Shown in pieces: positions 9,538-18,907 of a stretch of 64,000 bases of DNA (within the stretch, counting starts at the first letter, position 1; every line of letters starts with the position of its first letter). The notes beneath the pieces are model-generated. The model had not been told where the DNA came from. It saw nothing but the letters and a program-made list of their open reading frames with translations, and made no database searches. Position numbers and translations under genes: made by a program. This DNA is from Saprospira grandis (GTDB lineage Bacteria > Bacteroidota > Bacteroidia > Chitinophagales > Saprospiraceae): positions 1,308,241 to 1,372,240 of the forward strand of contig NZ_CP110854.1 of assembly GCF_027594745.1 (NCBI RefSeq). The letters run 5' to 3'.

Positions 9538-9546
9538 CATCTAATT

Positions 9547-11733
9547 ATGAAAGCCATCTATTTCCTTATTTTTCTGCTGCCTAGCGGCCTCTACGCTCAA
9601 AATACTAAGCTGAATATCGACCTTTTTCGCCTTTGGCAAGAGGGCGGAACGCAAAGCGTGGAGCTGATCGTTCAGGGCGAGCCGCAAGCGATAAAAAAAC
9701 TGGCCCAACAAACCGATAGCCAGTATAAATATGGCCTAAATGATTTGGCCGCCCTCTCTATTCCCTTGCAAAAACTGCCCATTTGGTGGGAACATCCCGC
9801 TATTCAGGGCCTACAAGCCCAGCGCCTTAGCCCCCAATATTTTTTTGAACAAGATAGCCTGATGCTGGCCAATAATAACGCCCGAGCCGCTCATGAAGGC
9901 TGGGGTTTGCCCCAATCTTTTGAGGGCGAAGGCGTGCTTGTCGGTATTATTGACGACGGCTACGAATGGCAGCATCCCGACTTCTGGCAGCCCAATGATA
10001 GCAGTAGCCGATTTCTTAGCATCTGGGACCAAGACTATTTTTCGCCCAACTTTTTTATGGGCCAATATGGCTATGGCAGCTATTGGAATAAAGCCCAAAT
10101 TGATTCGGGCCTGATCGCTCAGCCCCCAGGCGAACATGGCTCGCATGTGCTAGGCACCGCCGCCGGAAATGGACTGGCCGCCCAAAAATATAAGGGCATT
10201 GCCCCCAAAGCCGAGCTCTTGGCCGTGGCCCTAAGCGAAGATGGACAGTTTTTGCCCCGCTTTGTGGATGCCGTCCACCATATTTTTCAAGAAGCTAAGC
10301 GATTGGGAAAAGCCTGCGCCATTAACTCTAGTGTGGGGGCCTATTATGGCTCGCATGATGGCCAAGACTTGTATACGGCTATGATTGAAGCGATGCTAGA
10401 GGAGGAAAACGGCCGAGCATTGATTCAAGCAGGCGGCAATGCTCGGCAGGCAAAAATGCACTGGCAAAAGGCCCCAGCAGATAGCGGCTGTCTGGCCTTT
10501 TTGCCCCTCAATGGCCAACTATTTCGCAGCTCGGCCTTTATTGATACAAGCGACTGGTCGCAGCTACATTGGCAATTTGAGCTCAAGGGGAGTCAGGGGC
10601 AAAGGCTGGTTCTTAGTCGCCCCTTTTCCCCTGCCGACCTGCCGCCGCATAGCCCCCTACCCGCCCAAAGAATAGACACTATATATGTAGGTCCGCAAGG
10701 CCCCCTGATTTTAGTGCAATATTTGGCCGAATGGCAGGGCTGCCTAGAGTGGTCCTTTCAGTTGCAGGGAAACAATCTGCAAAATCAACAGCTTTTTTTG
10801 CATTGGAGCGGGGCAGGCAAGGTGGATATTTGGAGCCATGAGCGCAATATGGGCCTTTCTGATATTGTTCTGCAGGCCAATGTTCCTCATTATATTTCGC
10901 CCGACAACCAACAAACCCTAGCCGCTTATTGGACCTGCTCACCCAAGGTCATCACAGTGGCGGCCTACCAAAACCGAGACCAACTGCATAATTATGCTGG
11001 CGATACGGTGTCTTTGGCCTATGCAGGCTTTCCGATCTTTGGCATTGCCGATTTTTCTAGCCTCGGCCCTAGTCGAACGGGCCTACAAAAGCCCGATTTA
11101 ACAGCCCCAGGGGGGCAGGTCCTTTCGGCAGGCAGTCTGGCCGCCCTACAAAATGCCAGAGCCAACAACTACCCTTATTTGGACCAAGGCGGCTGGCATG
11201 TTTCGGCCAAAGGGACCTCTATGGCGGCGCCTATGGTTACGGGGGCCGCTGCCCTCTATTTTCAATGCCAACCCCAGGCCGATTGGGCCGAGCTCAAGGC
11301 CGCCCTGCTACAATCGGCCCACAAAGATGCTTGGGTATATAGCGCTGGCGCTCCGCCCAATATAGATTGGGGAGCGGGCAAACTAGATGTGCAGGCGCTT
11401 TTGCAAAACTGCCTAAAGCCCGGCTGTCTAGACAGCAACGCCCTCAACTTTATGCCCAACGCTTGGGTAGAAGATGGCTCTTGCTACTACCCTAGTTCCA
11501 CAGATTACTTGGGCGAACAAGGGCCAAAGCTCTGGCCCAATCCCTTTAGCGCCCAACTGCAAATAGAATTGCCTCAGGCGGGCCAGCTTTGCTTTTATAA
11601 TGTGTTGGGCCAAGAAGTGGCTCGCTATATTTTGCCTGCTGGCCCAAAAACAATTCCTACCGAAGATTGGCCCAAGGGCAGCTACTTCTGGAAATGGGAA
11701 AATGGACAGAGCGGAAAGCTCATTAAGCAATAA
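9547..11733 (+). CDS. Secreted subtilisin-like serine peptidase (S8 family) with a T9SS C-terminal sorting domain
   Basis: Asp/His/Ser triad motifs (GIIDDG, HGSHVLGTAAG, GTSMAAPMVTGAAAL), signal peptide MKAIYFLIFLLPSGLYAQ, and a C-terminal WPNPF...QLQIEL...beta-sandwich typical of Por/T9SS CTDs. The ORF track starts at 9385 inside a repeat; ATG at 9547 is chosen. Confidence 0.85.
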   Translation: MKAIYFLIFLLPSGLYAQNTKLNIDLFRLWQEGGTQSVELIVQGEPQAIKKLAQQTDSQYKYGLNDLAALSIPLQKLPIWWEHPAIQGLQAQRLSPQYFFEQDSLMLANNNARAAHEGWGLPQSFEGEGVLVGIIDDGYEWQHPDFWQPNDSSSRFLSIWDQDYFSPNFFMGQYGYGSYWNKAQIDSGLIAQPPGEHGSHVLGTAAGNGLAAQKYKGIAPKAELLAVALSEDGQFLPRFVDAVHHIFQEAKRLGKACAINSSVGAYYGSHDGQDLYTAMIEAMLEEENGRALIQAGGNARQAKMHWQKAPADSGCLAFLPLNGQLFRSSAFIDTSDWSQLHWQFELKGSQGQRLVLSRPFSPADLPPHSPLPAQRIDTIYVGPQGPLILVQYLAEWQGCLEWSFQLQGNNLQNQQLFLHWSGAGKVDIWSHERNMGLSDIVLQANVPHYISPDNQQTLAAYWTCSPKVITVAAYQNRDQLHNYAGDTVSLAYAGFPIFGIADFSSLGPSRTGLQKPDLTAPGGQVLSAGSLAALQNARANNYPYLDQGGWHVSAKGTSMAAPMVTGAAALYFQCQPQADWAELKAALLQSAHKDAWVYSAGAPPNIDWGAGKLDVQALLQNCLKPGCLDSNALNFMPNAWVEDGSCYYPSSTDYLGEQGPKLWPNPFSAQLQIELPQAGQLCFYNVLGQEVARYILPAGPKTIPTEDWPKGSYFWKWENGQSGKLIKQ

Positions 11734-11744
11734 ACAACCCTCAA

Positions 11745-11778
11745 AAAGGGGCAAAACTTAGGTTTTGCCCCTTTTTTT
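11745..11778 (+). terminator. Rho-independent terminator after the S8 peptidase gene
   Basis: AAAGGGGCAAAAC-TTAG-GTTTTGCCCCTTTTTTT. Confidence 0.65.
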
Positions 11779-11890
11779 AGGCCCTAAAATCAACAGACCG
11801 CTAAATTTCGCCGCTAAGCGAGCCTAGCTAATCTCTAGTAGGGTCAGCCCAGAAAAAAAAGATAGGACCTTATAGATACGCCCGGAGGAG

Positions 11891-12200
11891 TTTGTAAACT
11901 GCAAATTAGCTCTGGCGTCACGCCAGAGGCGTTTTGCAACTGCAGATTAGCTCCGGCGCCACGCCAGAGGCATTTTGCAAATGCAGATTAGCTCTGGCGC
12001 CACGCCAGAGGCGTTTTGCAAATGCAGATTAGCTCTGGCGCCACGCCAGAGGCGTTTTGCAAATGCAGATTAGCTCCGGCGTCACGCCAGAGACGTTTTG
12101 CAAATGCAGATTAGCGCTGAACAGCTGTATAAAGCTGTTTTGCAAATGCAAATAAAGGCTAGCGCCAAGCCAGAGGCATTTGTAAACTGAAGATAGGTCC
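11891..12200. repeat. Tandem array of a 41-bp unit (about 7 copies, degenerate at the ends), each carrying a perfect 8-bp-stem hairpin CTCTGGCGyCACGCCAGAG
   Basis: Units GTTTTGCAAATGCAGATTAGCTCTGGCGCCACGCCAGAGGC repeat head-to-tail with 0-3 mismatches and no intervening unique spacers. Confidence 0.9.
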
Positions 12201-12219
12201 CAAACGCTTGTTTAGGGGC

Positions 12220-12258
12220 ATAAAAAAGGCCGCAGTTCCTAAAAAGGAACTGCGGCCG
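12220..12258 (-). terminator. Rho-independent terminator of the racemase-like gene
   Basis: GGCCGCAGTTCCT-AAAAA-GGAACTGCGGCC hairpin followed (minus strand) by TTTTTTAT. Confidence 0.6.
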
Positions 12259-12276
12259 AGGCATTGGCCCAAGGAT

Positions 12277-13353
12277 TTAGGCGGGGGCCAAGCGTTTTTC
12301 AATATATTTAGAATTCATGATGCGGAGGATCGCCATATAATCGAGTTTAAACTCGATCAGGTCGCCAACGCCCAGTCCTTCCTCATTACTTCCTAGGTCG
12401 ATAACCACCATATCGGAGGAGGCGCCCAGCATTTTCTGTTTGGGGTCGGCCAATTGCAGATGGGCTTCATCTACATCCAGCAGGCCGAGGTCGATAATGG
12501 CGCGGACCGCCGTTTTTTGTCGAAGTTCATCTTTAAAAGTCACGGCTTCGCCCTTAAGATTAAGGCCCATATTGCCATCGGGCACCAGGGGTTTTTCGTT
12601 CAGCTCGATGATTTGGGCATAAAGCTTAAAGACATCTTGGTGCATCCGTTCGTAGGTCCGATTATTATAGACATCGGTCCCTAAATAAAGGGTCTCTCCT
12701 ACTCTAAAGTGATTGATTCCCTCGGGCAATAGATTCTGAAAAATGAGGGGGATCGTCACAGAGGAGCCGCCAGACACCAGCGGAATTTCTCGGTTAAATT
12801 TGGCCTCTACCAGTTGTTCATAGAGGCAAAGTTGGATCAATTTATCTTGGCTGGGCAAAACGCCATACATACAAGTCAGGTTAGTTCCGATACCCACCAC
12901 TTGAATATTGGGCAATTTGAAGACCTGCTCATAAAAGTCCATAAATTCCTCTCGCATTACGCCTTCTCGCAGCTCGCCCATTTCGATCATAATAATCACT
13001 TTATGCAATTTATTTTGGCGGGCGGCCTCTTCGGAGAGCAGGCGGATGCTTTCGATCTCCGTATTAAAAGAGATATCGGCATATTGGACAATTTCGGGAA
13101 TAATTTCTTGGGGGGGCGGCTTAATATAGATCGTCTCCACCTCTTCCGAGATAGATTTGATCATTTTGAGGTTGCTCAGGCGGGAGTCGCAAAGTTGTTT
13201 GGCGCCTAATTTAATGAGTTCCTCTAGGTAGAGGCGGTGTCCACAAAGCATTTTAGAGACCACGGCCCATTGGATATTTTTTTCTTGAAAAAGCTCGTCT
13301 AAGCGTTGGTAATTTTCGGCTAGTTTTTGACTATCTAAGGTGATAAATGCCAT
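12277..13353 (-). CDS. PLP-dependent amino-acid racemase-family enzyme (alanine racemase N-terminal fold; YhfX/ornithine-racemase-like)
   Basis: N-terminal WAVVSKMLCGH (PLP-lysine context of alanine-racemase-fold enzymes); about 358 aa. Confidence 0.55.
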   Translation of the reverse strand: MAFITLDSQKLAENYQRLDELFQEKNIQWAVVSKMLCGHRLYLEELIKLGAKQLCDSRLSNLKMIKSISEEVETIYIKPPPQEIIPEIVQYADISFNTEIESIRLLSEEAARQNKLHKVIIMIEMGELREGVMREEFMDFYEQVFKLPNIQVVGIGTNLTCMYGVLPSQDKLIQLCLYEQLVEAKFNREIPLVSGGSSVTIPLIFQNLLPEGINHFRVGETLYLGTDVYNNRTYERMHQDVFKLYAQIIELNEKPLVPDGNMGLNLKGEAVTFKDELRQKTAVRAIIDLGLLDVDEAHLQLADPKQKMLGASSDMVVIDLGSNEEGLGVGDLIEFKLDYMAILRIMNSKYIEKRLAPA

Positions 13354-13399
13354 TACAAATGGTTTACTGAAAAAATAGGTATGTATTTATCTAGGAGGG

Positions 13400-13572
13400 T
13401 TTTGGGGCTGCCCCTGCGGCCTTCGGCCTTGGGTCGGGCTGTGTCGCAGCTCGCAGGTCTGCTCGGCCCTGCGGCGGCTTTGCCGCCTGGGTCTGGCCTG
13501 CGGCCACTGCTGTCCATCCCTCAGCCGCGTCGCTACGCTCCTTTGCGGCCCTTCGGGCCTGTAGGAGGCAGA
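13400..13572 (+). repeat. Intergenic repeat module A, forward
   Basis: TTTTGGGGCTGCCCCTGCGGCCTTCGGCC...CTCGCAGGTCTGCTCGGCCCTGCGGCGGCTTTGCCGCC...CATCCCTCAGCCGCGTCGCTACGCTCCTTTGCGGCCCTTCGGGCC. Confidence 0.85.
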
Positions 13573-13577
13573 GGGGT

Positions 13578-14021
13578 TTATTTTTTCAGTCGCATTTCGA
13601 GATAAGGATTAGTAAATCCTAATTTTTCATAAAGCTGCTTAGCGGGATTATCTTTTTCTACATGCAGGGCGATATCTCCGGGGGTTTGCTCAATTGCTGC
13701 CTGCATTAGTTGTTTTCCTAGGCCTTTTCCTCTAAATTGCGCATCTACGGCAATATAGACCAGGATATTTTCGGGGATATAGCCCGTCATGCCTGTGCGG
13801 TTAAGTACAGTAGCGCCGGCCAATTGTCCTTGATGATAGATGCTAAAAATCTGGCCTCCAGCGGCTTGTTTTGTCTGGCCCAGGGAGTAGTCCATAGCGG
13901 CAAGAATTTGCTCTTTGGGGTCTCCGTATTGTTCTAGATGTTTAAATAAAAAGTTGGCTATTTCTTCTTTCTCTGTTTCAGTTGGCTGATTTTCAGGAGA
14001 GTAAGATTTGATCGTTGCCAT
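13578..14021 (-). CDS. GNAT-family N-acetyltransferase
   Basis: Acetyl-CoA binding motif QFRGKGLGKQLM (Q/RxxGxG/A); about 147 aa. Confidence 0.8.
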   Translation of the reverse strand: MATIKSYSPENQPTETEKEEIANFLFKHLEQYGDPKEQILAAMDYSLGQTKQAAGGQIFSIYHQGQLAGATVLNRTGMTGYIPENILVYIAVDAQFRGKGLGKQLMQAAIEQTPGDIALHVEKDNPAKQLYEKLGFTNPYLEMRLKK

Positions 14022-14267
14022 TTTAAAAATAGGTATTTTAAGATTAGAAAATTCAAAAAGAACAACCCTAGAGGTTATACTTTGTTTTCTGCAAAGGTAG
14101 GCTTTTCTGTCTGCAAAGCCAGTGAGCTAAAATACAGGGGCAGAAAAACAGTTGTCTTGAGGGGAGTTAAACTAAATTATTGTTCAAGAAATAACTAATT
14201 GTCAAACAGACTGTTAAGCAAATATGGAAAAGCTTAAAATATAATTTGGGTTAAATTTTCTTAAGTT

Positions 14268-14440
14268 TTGCAGGGCCGAAGGCCCGCAAAGGAGCGTAGC
14301 GACGCGGCTGAGGGATGGACAGCAGTGGCCGAAGGCCAGACCCAGGCAGCTTTGCTGCCGCAGGGCCGAGCGAACAGCGAGCTGCGACACAGCCCGACCC
14401 AAGGCCGCAGGCCGCAGGGGCAGCCCCAACAAAAAATAAA
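14268..14440 (-). repeat. Intergenic repeat module A, reverse
   Basis: GGGCCGAAGGCCCGCAAAGGAGCGTAGCGACGCGGCTGAGGGATGG...GGCAGCCCCAACAAAAAA. Confidence 0.85.
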
Positions 14441-14443
14441 AAG

Positions 14444-15541
14444 ATGAAAGCAGGAGAAATTATACGATTTATCTATTCGGGTCAGCGGGCCGAGATTTTG
14501 GAAGATTATTTAGATGGCAGCTACCGGGTGTGGTTGTTGGAGGAAGATGAGGAGAGCATTGCCTTTGGGGATGATGTGGTGCCGGAGGCCCATTATACGG
14601 GCCCGCAGATTTCTGATATTCAGCGGGAGTTTGGCAAAAAGAAGCCCAAAAAAGCGCCTAAGGGCTTATCTACGGAAGAGTTATTTTATACTAAGGAAGA
14701 GATAGATGCGCGGAAAGCGGGTCGGCCATTGCCAAAAAAAGAGGCTCCTATTCCGGTTTATCAGGCCCCAAAAATTGAGGGCAAGGCGGCAGAGAACAAG
14801 GGCGTTTATTTAGCCTTTTACCCTTATGCGCAGGGGCAGTACAGCATCTATTTGGTCAATGATACGCCCTATGGATTTAACTTTGAGTTTGAGTTGCGGA
14901 TTTTGCAGGAGCGGGCGCAGGAGCTCAAGCAGCATATTGGGCCACATGACTACTTTCCAATTGCGGAATTTGCGCATGCCAACTTGAATGATTCGCCTCA
15001 GCTTATTTTGCGTTTGCCTATATTTGAGTTGGAGCACAGCTTTAAGCTCAAGTACAAAAAATGGATCAAATTGCAGCAGGCCATTCCCTTATTGGGTTTG
15101 GAGCTAGAGGGCTATCCTTGCTTTAGTTTGGCAGAATTGGAGGCTCGCAAGGCGCAGCCCAAAACCAACTTAAAAAAGTACACCTTGGCGCAGCGCAAAA
15201 AGCAGATGCACAAGGAAATTCATCGCAGGTATTACAACAAGCAAGATGCGCAGCGACTGGCTCATTTTGAGTCTTGTTTAGATTTGCACATTGAGCTCAT
15301 TTTTCCGGAAGACTACAAAGACCTACAGCCCTTTGAGTGTTTAGAATTTCAGATAGAAGCCTTAGAAGACTACCTCAATCAGGCCTTAGAGATTGGCTTT
15401 TCGGGGCAGTTAGAGATCATACATGGTGTGGGCAAAGGTCGTTTGATGAAAGAAACGCATCGGCGTTTGGACCTTTTGAAGCGCAAAAAGATGATTCGGG
15501 GCTATCAGTGCGAGGGGGGCAACACCTTTGTAAAATTCTAG
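14444..15541 (+). CDS. Smr-domain protein (DUF2027 + C-terminal Smr nuclease-like domain)
   Basis: C-terminal LEIIHGVGKGRLMKETHRRL is the Smr/MutS2 C-terminal domain signature. The track ORF starts at 14315 inside a repeat; ATG at 14444 is chosen. Confidence 0.65.
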   Translation: MKAGEIIRFIYSGQRAEILEDYLDGSYRVWLLEEDEESIAFGDDVVPEAHYTGPQISDIQREFGKKKPKKAPKGLSTEELFYTKEEIDARKAGRPLPKKEAPIPVYQAPKIEGKAAENKGVYLAFYPYAQGQYSIYLVNDTPYGFNFEFELRILQERAQELKQHIGPHDYFPIAEFAHANLNDSPQLILRLPIFELEHSFKLKYKKWIKLQQAIPLLGLELEGYPCFSLAELEARKAQPKTNLKKYTLAQRKKQMHKEIHRRYYNKQDAQRLAHFESCLDLHIELIFPEDYKDLQPFECLEFQIEALEDYLNQALEIGFSGQLEIIHGVGKGRLMKETHRRLDLLKRKKMIRGYQCEGGNTFVKF

Positions 15542-15576
15542 GCAATTTAGAATCAGGAAATTGGGGCAGAAAAGTT

Positions 15577-15606
15577 TTTGATATTAGAAAAATAAGCTTA
15601 AGTTTG
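15577..15606 (+). promoter_or_regulatory. Bacteroidetes-type promoter (TTTG ... TAAGTTTG) for rpmI-rplT
   Basis: TTTTTG ending at 15580 and TAAGTTTG at 15599-15606, 19-bp spacing, about 40 nt upstream of the rpmI ATG. Confidence 0.4.
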
Positions 15607-15646
15607 CAGTCGATTTTCAAAAATCTGTTTAAAAAAACGTATTACC

Positions 15647-15841
15647 ATGCCTAAAGTAAAAACGCATTCAGGTGCTAAAAAACGCTTTTCGGTGACGGGT
15701 AGCGGCAAGATCAAGCGTCGTCGTAGTGGAAAAAGCCACATTTTGACAAAAATGTCAAAGAAGCGTAAGCTTCGTCTACGTCACGCAGGTCTTTGTGCTC
15801 CTGGCGATGCCAAGCGCGTGAAGAAGATGCTTAACATCTAG
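15647..15841 (+). CDS. rpmI: 50S ribosomal protein L35
   Basis: [14 protein letters not shown]...highly conserved L35 sequence, 64 aa. Confidence 0.92.
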   Translation: MPKVKTHSGAKKRFSVTGSGKIKRRRSGKSHILTKMSKKRKLRLRHAGLCAPGDAKRVKKMLNI

Positions 15842-15950
15842 TATTAGCATCTCGAAACAATTAAGAGGCGCCTTAGTGGACAAGTTGTGGGTCCCTTCTC
15901 ACCTGCACCCCAGGCCCTTATTTTATCTATCTATTTTAAACTATTAAGCT

Positions 15951-16298
15951 ATGCCACGTTCGGTAAATTCTGTAGCTTCAAGAAGAAGAAAGAAGAAAAT
16001 TTTGAAGCAGGCCCGCGGTTACTTTGGAGCGAGATCTAAAGTTTATACCGTTGCCAAAAATGCGGTTGAGAAAGGTATGCAGTATGCATACATCGGCCGT
16101 AAATTGAAAAAGCGCAGCTATCGTGCTCTTTGGATTCAGCGTATCAACGCTGCTGTTCGTCAAGAGGGCCTCAGCTACTCTCGCTTTATGCACCTTTTGT
16201 CTCAGAGCGGTATCGAGCTCAACCGTAAAGTGTTGGCCGATCTAGCGATGAACGAGCCTGCTGCTTTCAAAGCTATCGTGAATGCGGTAAAGAAATAG
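15951..16298 (+). CDS. rplT: 50S ribosomal protein L20
   Basis: Conserved L20 sequence ([13 protein letters not shown]...ADLAM..), 115 aa, directly after rpmI. Confidence 0.95.
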   Translation: MPRSVNSVASRRRKKKILKQARGYFGARSKVYTVAKNAVEKGMQYAYIGRKLKKRSYRALWIQRINAAVRQEGLSYSRFMHLLSQSGIELNRKVLADLAMNEPAAFKAIVNAVKK

Positions 16299-16343
16299 GC
16301 AATATTTCTTTGAGATGAATACTTCGGTATTCTGCAGAAAAAA

Positions 16344-16377
16344 AGACCTCTACGCTAAGCGTAGAGGTCTTTTTTTG
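16344..16377 (+). terminator. Rho-independent terminator after rplT
   Basis: AGACCTCTACGC-TAA-GCGTAGAGGTCT followed by TTTTTTT. Confidence 0.75.
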
Positions 16378-16492
16378 TTGGTTTGTTCAGATTATTATTA
16401 TCTGAATAAGTTTAGGGAAGTAGAATTTAGCCAATAGTCGCCTAGGGACAAGCCCCTAGGCAGCTACAACTTTTAAACAGGTCTTTTTGTGT

Positions 16493-17425
16493 TTAGCTCA
16501 GCACCATATCCTCATAGCGGATAAACTGCTCAAAGCCTTTTTTGGCAAAATAGGCTTTGGTTTCGGCTTCGCTGCGTTGGCTACTGACGAGGACGAAATC
16601 GCCGCCCCAGGCGCCTAGGGGTTTAACGGTTCCCCAGAAATCCTCAAAGAACTGGGCTTTGGGTCCTTCTTGGCCCAGGATGGGTTGCAAAAGGGCCTGA
16701 TGTTCTTCGAGCAACTCCTCAAAATCTTCCAAATCCTTACAGTATTGGGCCACATTATGCGTAATCTGGCTAATTCTGGGAATGGGGGCTTCTCTTTCTT
16801 CTGCGGGCTTTACTTTATAGTGGACCAAAGCTTCGCGGCTGCTCTGCTTCTTATTGAGGTGCACAAAATAAAGCTGATCTTTAAACTTCGGGGCAAAGGG
16901 AGCGGGATGAGCCTGTGGTTGTCCATTAAACAAACGGTAGAGAATAGGTCCCTGGGCCTTGGCTGCGGCCAAATCATAGCCTGAGCCGCCAAAGCTTTCG
17001 GCCAGAAGTTGGTGGGCATCTACCTGCGCCCAATCGGCTAATAAACTGACTAAGGTAGAAGAAGAGCCTAGTCCCCAATCTCTAGGAAACTCTAGTTTTG
17101 TGGTTACTTCTAGTCCTTGGCCATCTGCTAAAAAGTTTGGATTATGTTCTTGAGCAATTTGGAGCAAGATGAGCAGGCGTTCGGCCTCTTCGGCCTCGCC
17201 TTCAAACTTAATCAGTTCCAAATCGGATAGGCTGACCCAAATCTCTAGCCAGCAATGGCCATTTTCTTCTAGGCTGCGCCAATGCAATTGGCCGGCCTTT
17301 TCGCCTTTTTCAACCTGCATACTTTGGCCCTTTTTGGTGGGCAATGCCAGAGCGGTAGCGCCCTCGGTCACAAAATACTCGGCCGTAAGCAAGAGCTTGC
17401 CTTTGGCATGTTGTGAAAAAATCAT
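16493..17425 (-). CDS. GHMP-family kinase (possible mevalonate-pathway kinase)
   Basis: GHMP motif PRDWGLGSSSTLVSLL; about 310 aa. Confidence 0.6.
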   Translation of the reverse strand: MIFSQHAKGKLLLTAEYFVTEGATALALPTKKGQSMQVEKGEKAGQLHWRSLEENGHCWLEIWVSLSDLELIKFEGEAEEAERLLILLQIAQEHNPNFLADGQGLEVTTKLEFPRDWGLGSSSTLVSLLADWAQVDAHQLLAESFGGSGYDLAAAKAQGPILYRLFNGQPQAHPAPFAPKFKDQLYFVHLNKKQSSREALVHYKVKPAEEREAPIPRISQITHNVAQYCKDLEDFEELLEEHQALLQPILGQEGPKAQFFEDFWGTVKPLGAWGGDFVLVSSQRSEAETKAYFAKKGFEQFIRYEDMVLS

Positions 17426-17447
17426 AGAGTTTAATTTATTTAGTGTA

Positions 17448-18257
17448 CTATTTTTCTGTCTTCAATTCGGCCTTGCTATAATAGCTTTGGCCTCTACTAT
17501 AATACTGCTCTTCCCAAGAGCGGATAGAATGCGGGAATTTGGTTTCAAACTGAATTTTCAGGCTGCCTTTTCCCTGCGCATAAGTCAGCTGATAGCTGGC
17601 CAGTTCTCCTTCTTCGCTGAGGCTTGCCTCTGCCGTTTTAGGGACCAAAAGGCTATGATACAATTGTGACAACAAACTAGATGGCAAAAACTCAAAGCGG
17701 CCCAAAGGCAGCTTTTCTGGAGAAATGCGAATGAGCGCAAACAACTCATCTTGCAAAAGCACTTTAGGGAGATCTCGCTGCTGATCGCCCTCCTTAGTCG
17801 CATAAGAAAACTGCTGCTGCCGGTAGTTATAGGCCCTGAGGTTAATCTGGTCAAAACGATGTCCCTCCCAGTTTTGTAAGCTATTGCTCACTTTATAACA
17901 AAAAGGCTCTGCCACCAAATCAATGGGGCGAAAAACAGACTGCATCAAACGATATTCCCCCTCCTTAAAACTCCGCAATTGATTGAGCTCCAAAACGGGG
18001 ATGGCTCCCTCATCCTCGGCCTGCACTTCATGTTGTTTGGAGCGAGAAAAATACTCCGCCTTGAAAATAAGCTGGGTTTGGCCTTCATATTTTTGCCCAT
18101 CTAGCTCCTGGACCAAATCATAATGATTGACCTCCCGTTTGCCTGTTAACCAATAAGCCTTAAATTCTTTAGACGGCTGCCAATTAGGCCCAGCCAAAAA
18201 GGCAAAGCCCAAACAACTAGATAATAAGAAAACGGCTAAAACGGAAAACTGTCTCAT
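17448..18257 (-). CDS. Hypothetical secreted protein
   Basis: Signal peptide MRQFSVLAVFLLSSCLGFAFLAG; no known motif. Confidence 0.45.
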   Translation of the reverse strand: MRQFSVLAVFLLSSCLGFAFLAGPNWQPSKEFKAYWLTGKREVNHYDLVQELDGQKYEGQTQLIFKAEYFSRSKQHEVQAEDEGAIPVLELNQLRSFKEGEYRLMQSVFRPIDLVAEPFCYKVSNSLQNWEGHRFDQINLRAYNYRQQQFSYATKEGDQQRDLPKVLLQDELFALIRISPEKLPLGRFEFLPSSLLSQLYHSLLVPKTAEASLSEEGELASYQLTYAQGKGSLKIQFETKFPHSIRSWEEQYYSRGQSYYSKAELKTEK

Positions 18258-18336
18258 ATTTTGTGCTTGAAAAAGGATGAGCGAGCAAAAAAAGCAGAAT
18301 ATCTCTTATCTTCCCTTTAGTATGAAGTAGATTAGG

Positions 18337-18906
18337 ATGTTAAGACTCTCTAAATATAGCAAAAAATCAAAACTTATGGCGAATTTCTCTTGGCTTCTTC
18401 TCTTGGGCTTTCTGACTTTTTCTCTATCCTATGCCAGTGCTCAAGAACTCATTAGCGACCCGGTCAGCTACGATGTTTTAGTTTTTGAACATTTTGAAAA
18501 AGGCAAAACTTACTTTATCCGAAAAGGCGGACGCATTAAGTACCGCCTCTACAACAGCCCCAAAACCACCTATAAAGGAGAGCTCCAAAAGGTCAATCGA
18601 GAAAGCATGATTATAGATGGCCGAGAAATTCCCCTTAAAGACTGTAGCCTCATTGCTGGCCGAGTACGCAGCCCCAAAGAGTTTCAGGGCGCTATTCTCC
18701 TGGGTATGGGCGCTGGTATCATCCCCCTATCCGCTGCCCTCTTGGGCGTCAACAGCATTGCTGGCCCTATTGTTATTGTGGGGGGCGTAGTGATACTTAC
18801 GGTGGGAATCATCCGATCTATGTCGGCCCGAAAGTTTAAAATGACTAAGGGCTGGGCCGTCTATGGCGGGCAACTACAATTTGACAGAAGTTATCAAAAA
18901 CAATAA
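18337..18906 (+). CDS. Hypothetical membrane-anchored protein
   Basis: N-terminal signal sequence and two C-terminal TM helices (GAILLGMGAGIIPLSAALLG / IVIVGGVVILTVGII). Confidence 0.45.
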   Translation: MLRLSKYSKKSKLMANFSWLLLLGFLTFSLSYASAQELISDPVSYDVLVFEHFEKGKTYFIRKGGRIKYRLYNSPKTTYKGELQKVNRESMIIDGREIPLKDCSLIAGRVRSPKEFQGAILLGMGAGIIPLSAALLGVNSIAGPIVIVGGVVILTVGIIRSMSARKFKMTKGWAVYGGQLQFDRSYQKQ

Positions 18907-18907
18907 A

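Noticed and set aside
9385-9546. Long N-terminal extension of the S8 peptidase ORF (track start 9385). Similar extensions occur at 14315 (Smr gene) and 32527-32739 (OMP gene), and short ORFs lie wholly inside repeats, e.g. 3660-3956, 7537-8058, 13381-13605, 21026-21373, 24733-24942, 36070-36261, 41339-41557, 59726-59914, 60107-60301.
   Set aside because: These stretches lie inside module-A repeat copies. They encode the same low-complexity GLPLRPSALGRAVSQLAGLLGP-type peptides in whichever frame is open, so they are repeat-derived, not coding. Downstream ATGs followed by signal peptides were used instead.
11891-12200. Possible CRISPR array (regular 41-bp periodicity with palindromic core)
   Set aside because: Units are contiguous with no unique spacers between them; the whole 41 bp is the repeat. 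No cas genes are in the window. Reported as a tandem hairpin array instead.
14060-14135. Short direct repeat TTTCTGCAAAG(G/C)...TTTCTGTCTGCAAAGCC in the GNAT/Smr intergenic region as a possible operator
   Set aside because: Only two imperfect copies, with no palindromic symmetry or association with a regulator gene. Insufficient evidence.
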